This document shows positions 63,101 to 64,000 of a stretch of DNA of 64,000 nucleotides, one piece after another. Within the stretch, counting starts at the first letter, position 1. Each line of letters starts with the position of its first letter. Position numbers and translations under genes: made by a program. The notes beneath the pieces were generated by a model. The model worked only from the letters and a program-made list of their open reading frames with translations, was not told the origin of the DNA and did no database searches. Origin of the DNA: Takakia lepidozioides (taxonomy: Eukaryota; Plantae; Bryophyta); the NCBI GenBank assembly GCA_030704615.1, contig CM060731.1, positions 93,868,001-93,932,000 on the forward strand, in the 5' to 3' direction.

Positions 63101-63830
63101 TCCCAATCAATTCCCTGCAACTCACTTTTGAAACCTGCCATTCCTCCCATCGCCCGTAGTTTTGGAATGACACTACAAATGTCTTCTTCATCCGCTTCCA
63201 CAACTACAGTACAAAGGACTAGAGTTGGAATTTCTAATTCTCTGAATGCGGAATAGTGTGTGGACCAGGCTCGTAGTAACATGTGATTTCTCTGTCGATC
63301 TGCAAACAGGGAATACACATTGCATACGTAAGAAATATTTAACGTTTGGACTTGAAATGCGCACAACATGCAATTTGAAAGGCTATGGGTTTCTGAGGAA
63401 GTCCTACTTGTTCACGTCATGCATAACTGTCATCATCGGACGAATCCGAAAGCTCAACGATTGGAGTTGAGCACGTTTCTTTTTTTTTCACCACCACCTC
63501 CCTTTTGTCTTCAACGACTGAAGCAGCAGTCCCGGGCGTCACATATGATCCAAGGGACTTTCTCCGAGGCTCTCCAAGTACTCTGTATCTACCAGGGCGC
63601 ACTCTCCACTGGCTCACATGAGCCGTCTCATCACGATTTTGAAAAGAGTATTTCAACAACTTCCCGTCGAAATCGTACACCTCTTTCTCCAAGAAGATGG
63701 ACCCATTCAAAAGTTCAAACCGGGTAGCCAGGACATGTTCCGTCACAATCGCAAATCCATTGTCAAGTGCTCCTTTGGAGAAAGGCACTGGTTTGTCGTC
63801 AGAATAAAACTCTGCTTCGGAGGAAGCCAT
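60143..63830 (-). pseudogene. Mutator-like (MULE) transposase with GCM/WRKY-type Zn DNA-binding domain, DDE core and SWIM finger; element extends beyond the window
   Basis: HPWCRTKTSN...CNGHLRCDNLNC...CKFC...C...HFGFHNH; MFDHVKR, FMADTAQAN, (C>Y)LFHW, CNLAETVH; CTCPDF...PCKHLY. Intron 61629-61513; stop at 63417 and frameshift at 61018. Confidence 0.8.
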
Positions 63831-64000
63831 GTTACGTCCCTGAGCGGGGGGTTCTCTTTCCTCAGCTGCTCCTTTGCGAAATCAGATGATTCAGCTATGC
63901 AACACACTGGTTGCACATGAAATGAGGCGGAAGCACCCGTTCCTTGAAGATTGTGCATATTATGATATTCCATCTAATCAATGTGGGATGGTTCCTGACA

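Overview
Eukaryotic nuclear DNA from a land plant, most likely a non-seed plant such as a bryophyte (inferred from gene and TE content). The left half (1-31260) is a deeply nested transposon island with a 500-N scaffold gap at 4743-5242. It holds three Tat/Ogre-like Ty3/Gypsy elements that carry homologous parts of an uncharacterised 3' accessory ORF, a chromovirus, a second LTR family seen twice, and a CACTA element. It also holds a ~10-kb Mutator-like segment (10221-~20450), which is the most striking part of the window. That segment contains a spliced, decayed gene fusing a ParB/Srx-like domain (VWDGNHRLLA) to a bacterial-type beta-class N6A/N4C DNA methyltransferase domain. The gene lies head-to-head with a MULE transposase N-terminus. 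Three different tandem arrays (96, 53 and 146 bp units) in the segment all carry the same palindromic core, GGAAAwwyGGCGCCrrwTTTCC. The right half has three apparently intact host genes (TITAN-like/CCDC84 +, a five-finger CCCH protein +, APE1L -), several MITEs, a SINE-like element and a decayed GCM-DDE-SWIM Mutator-like transposase running off the window end. All domain calls are by-eye motif recognition; no searches were run.
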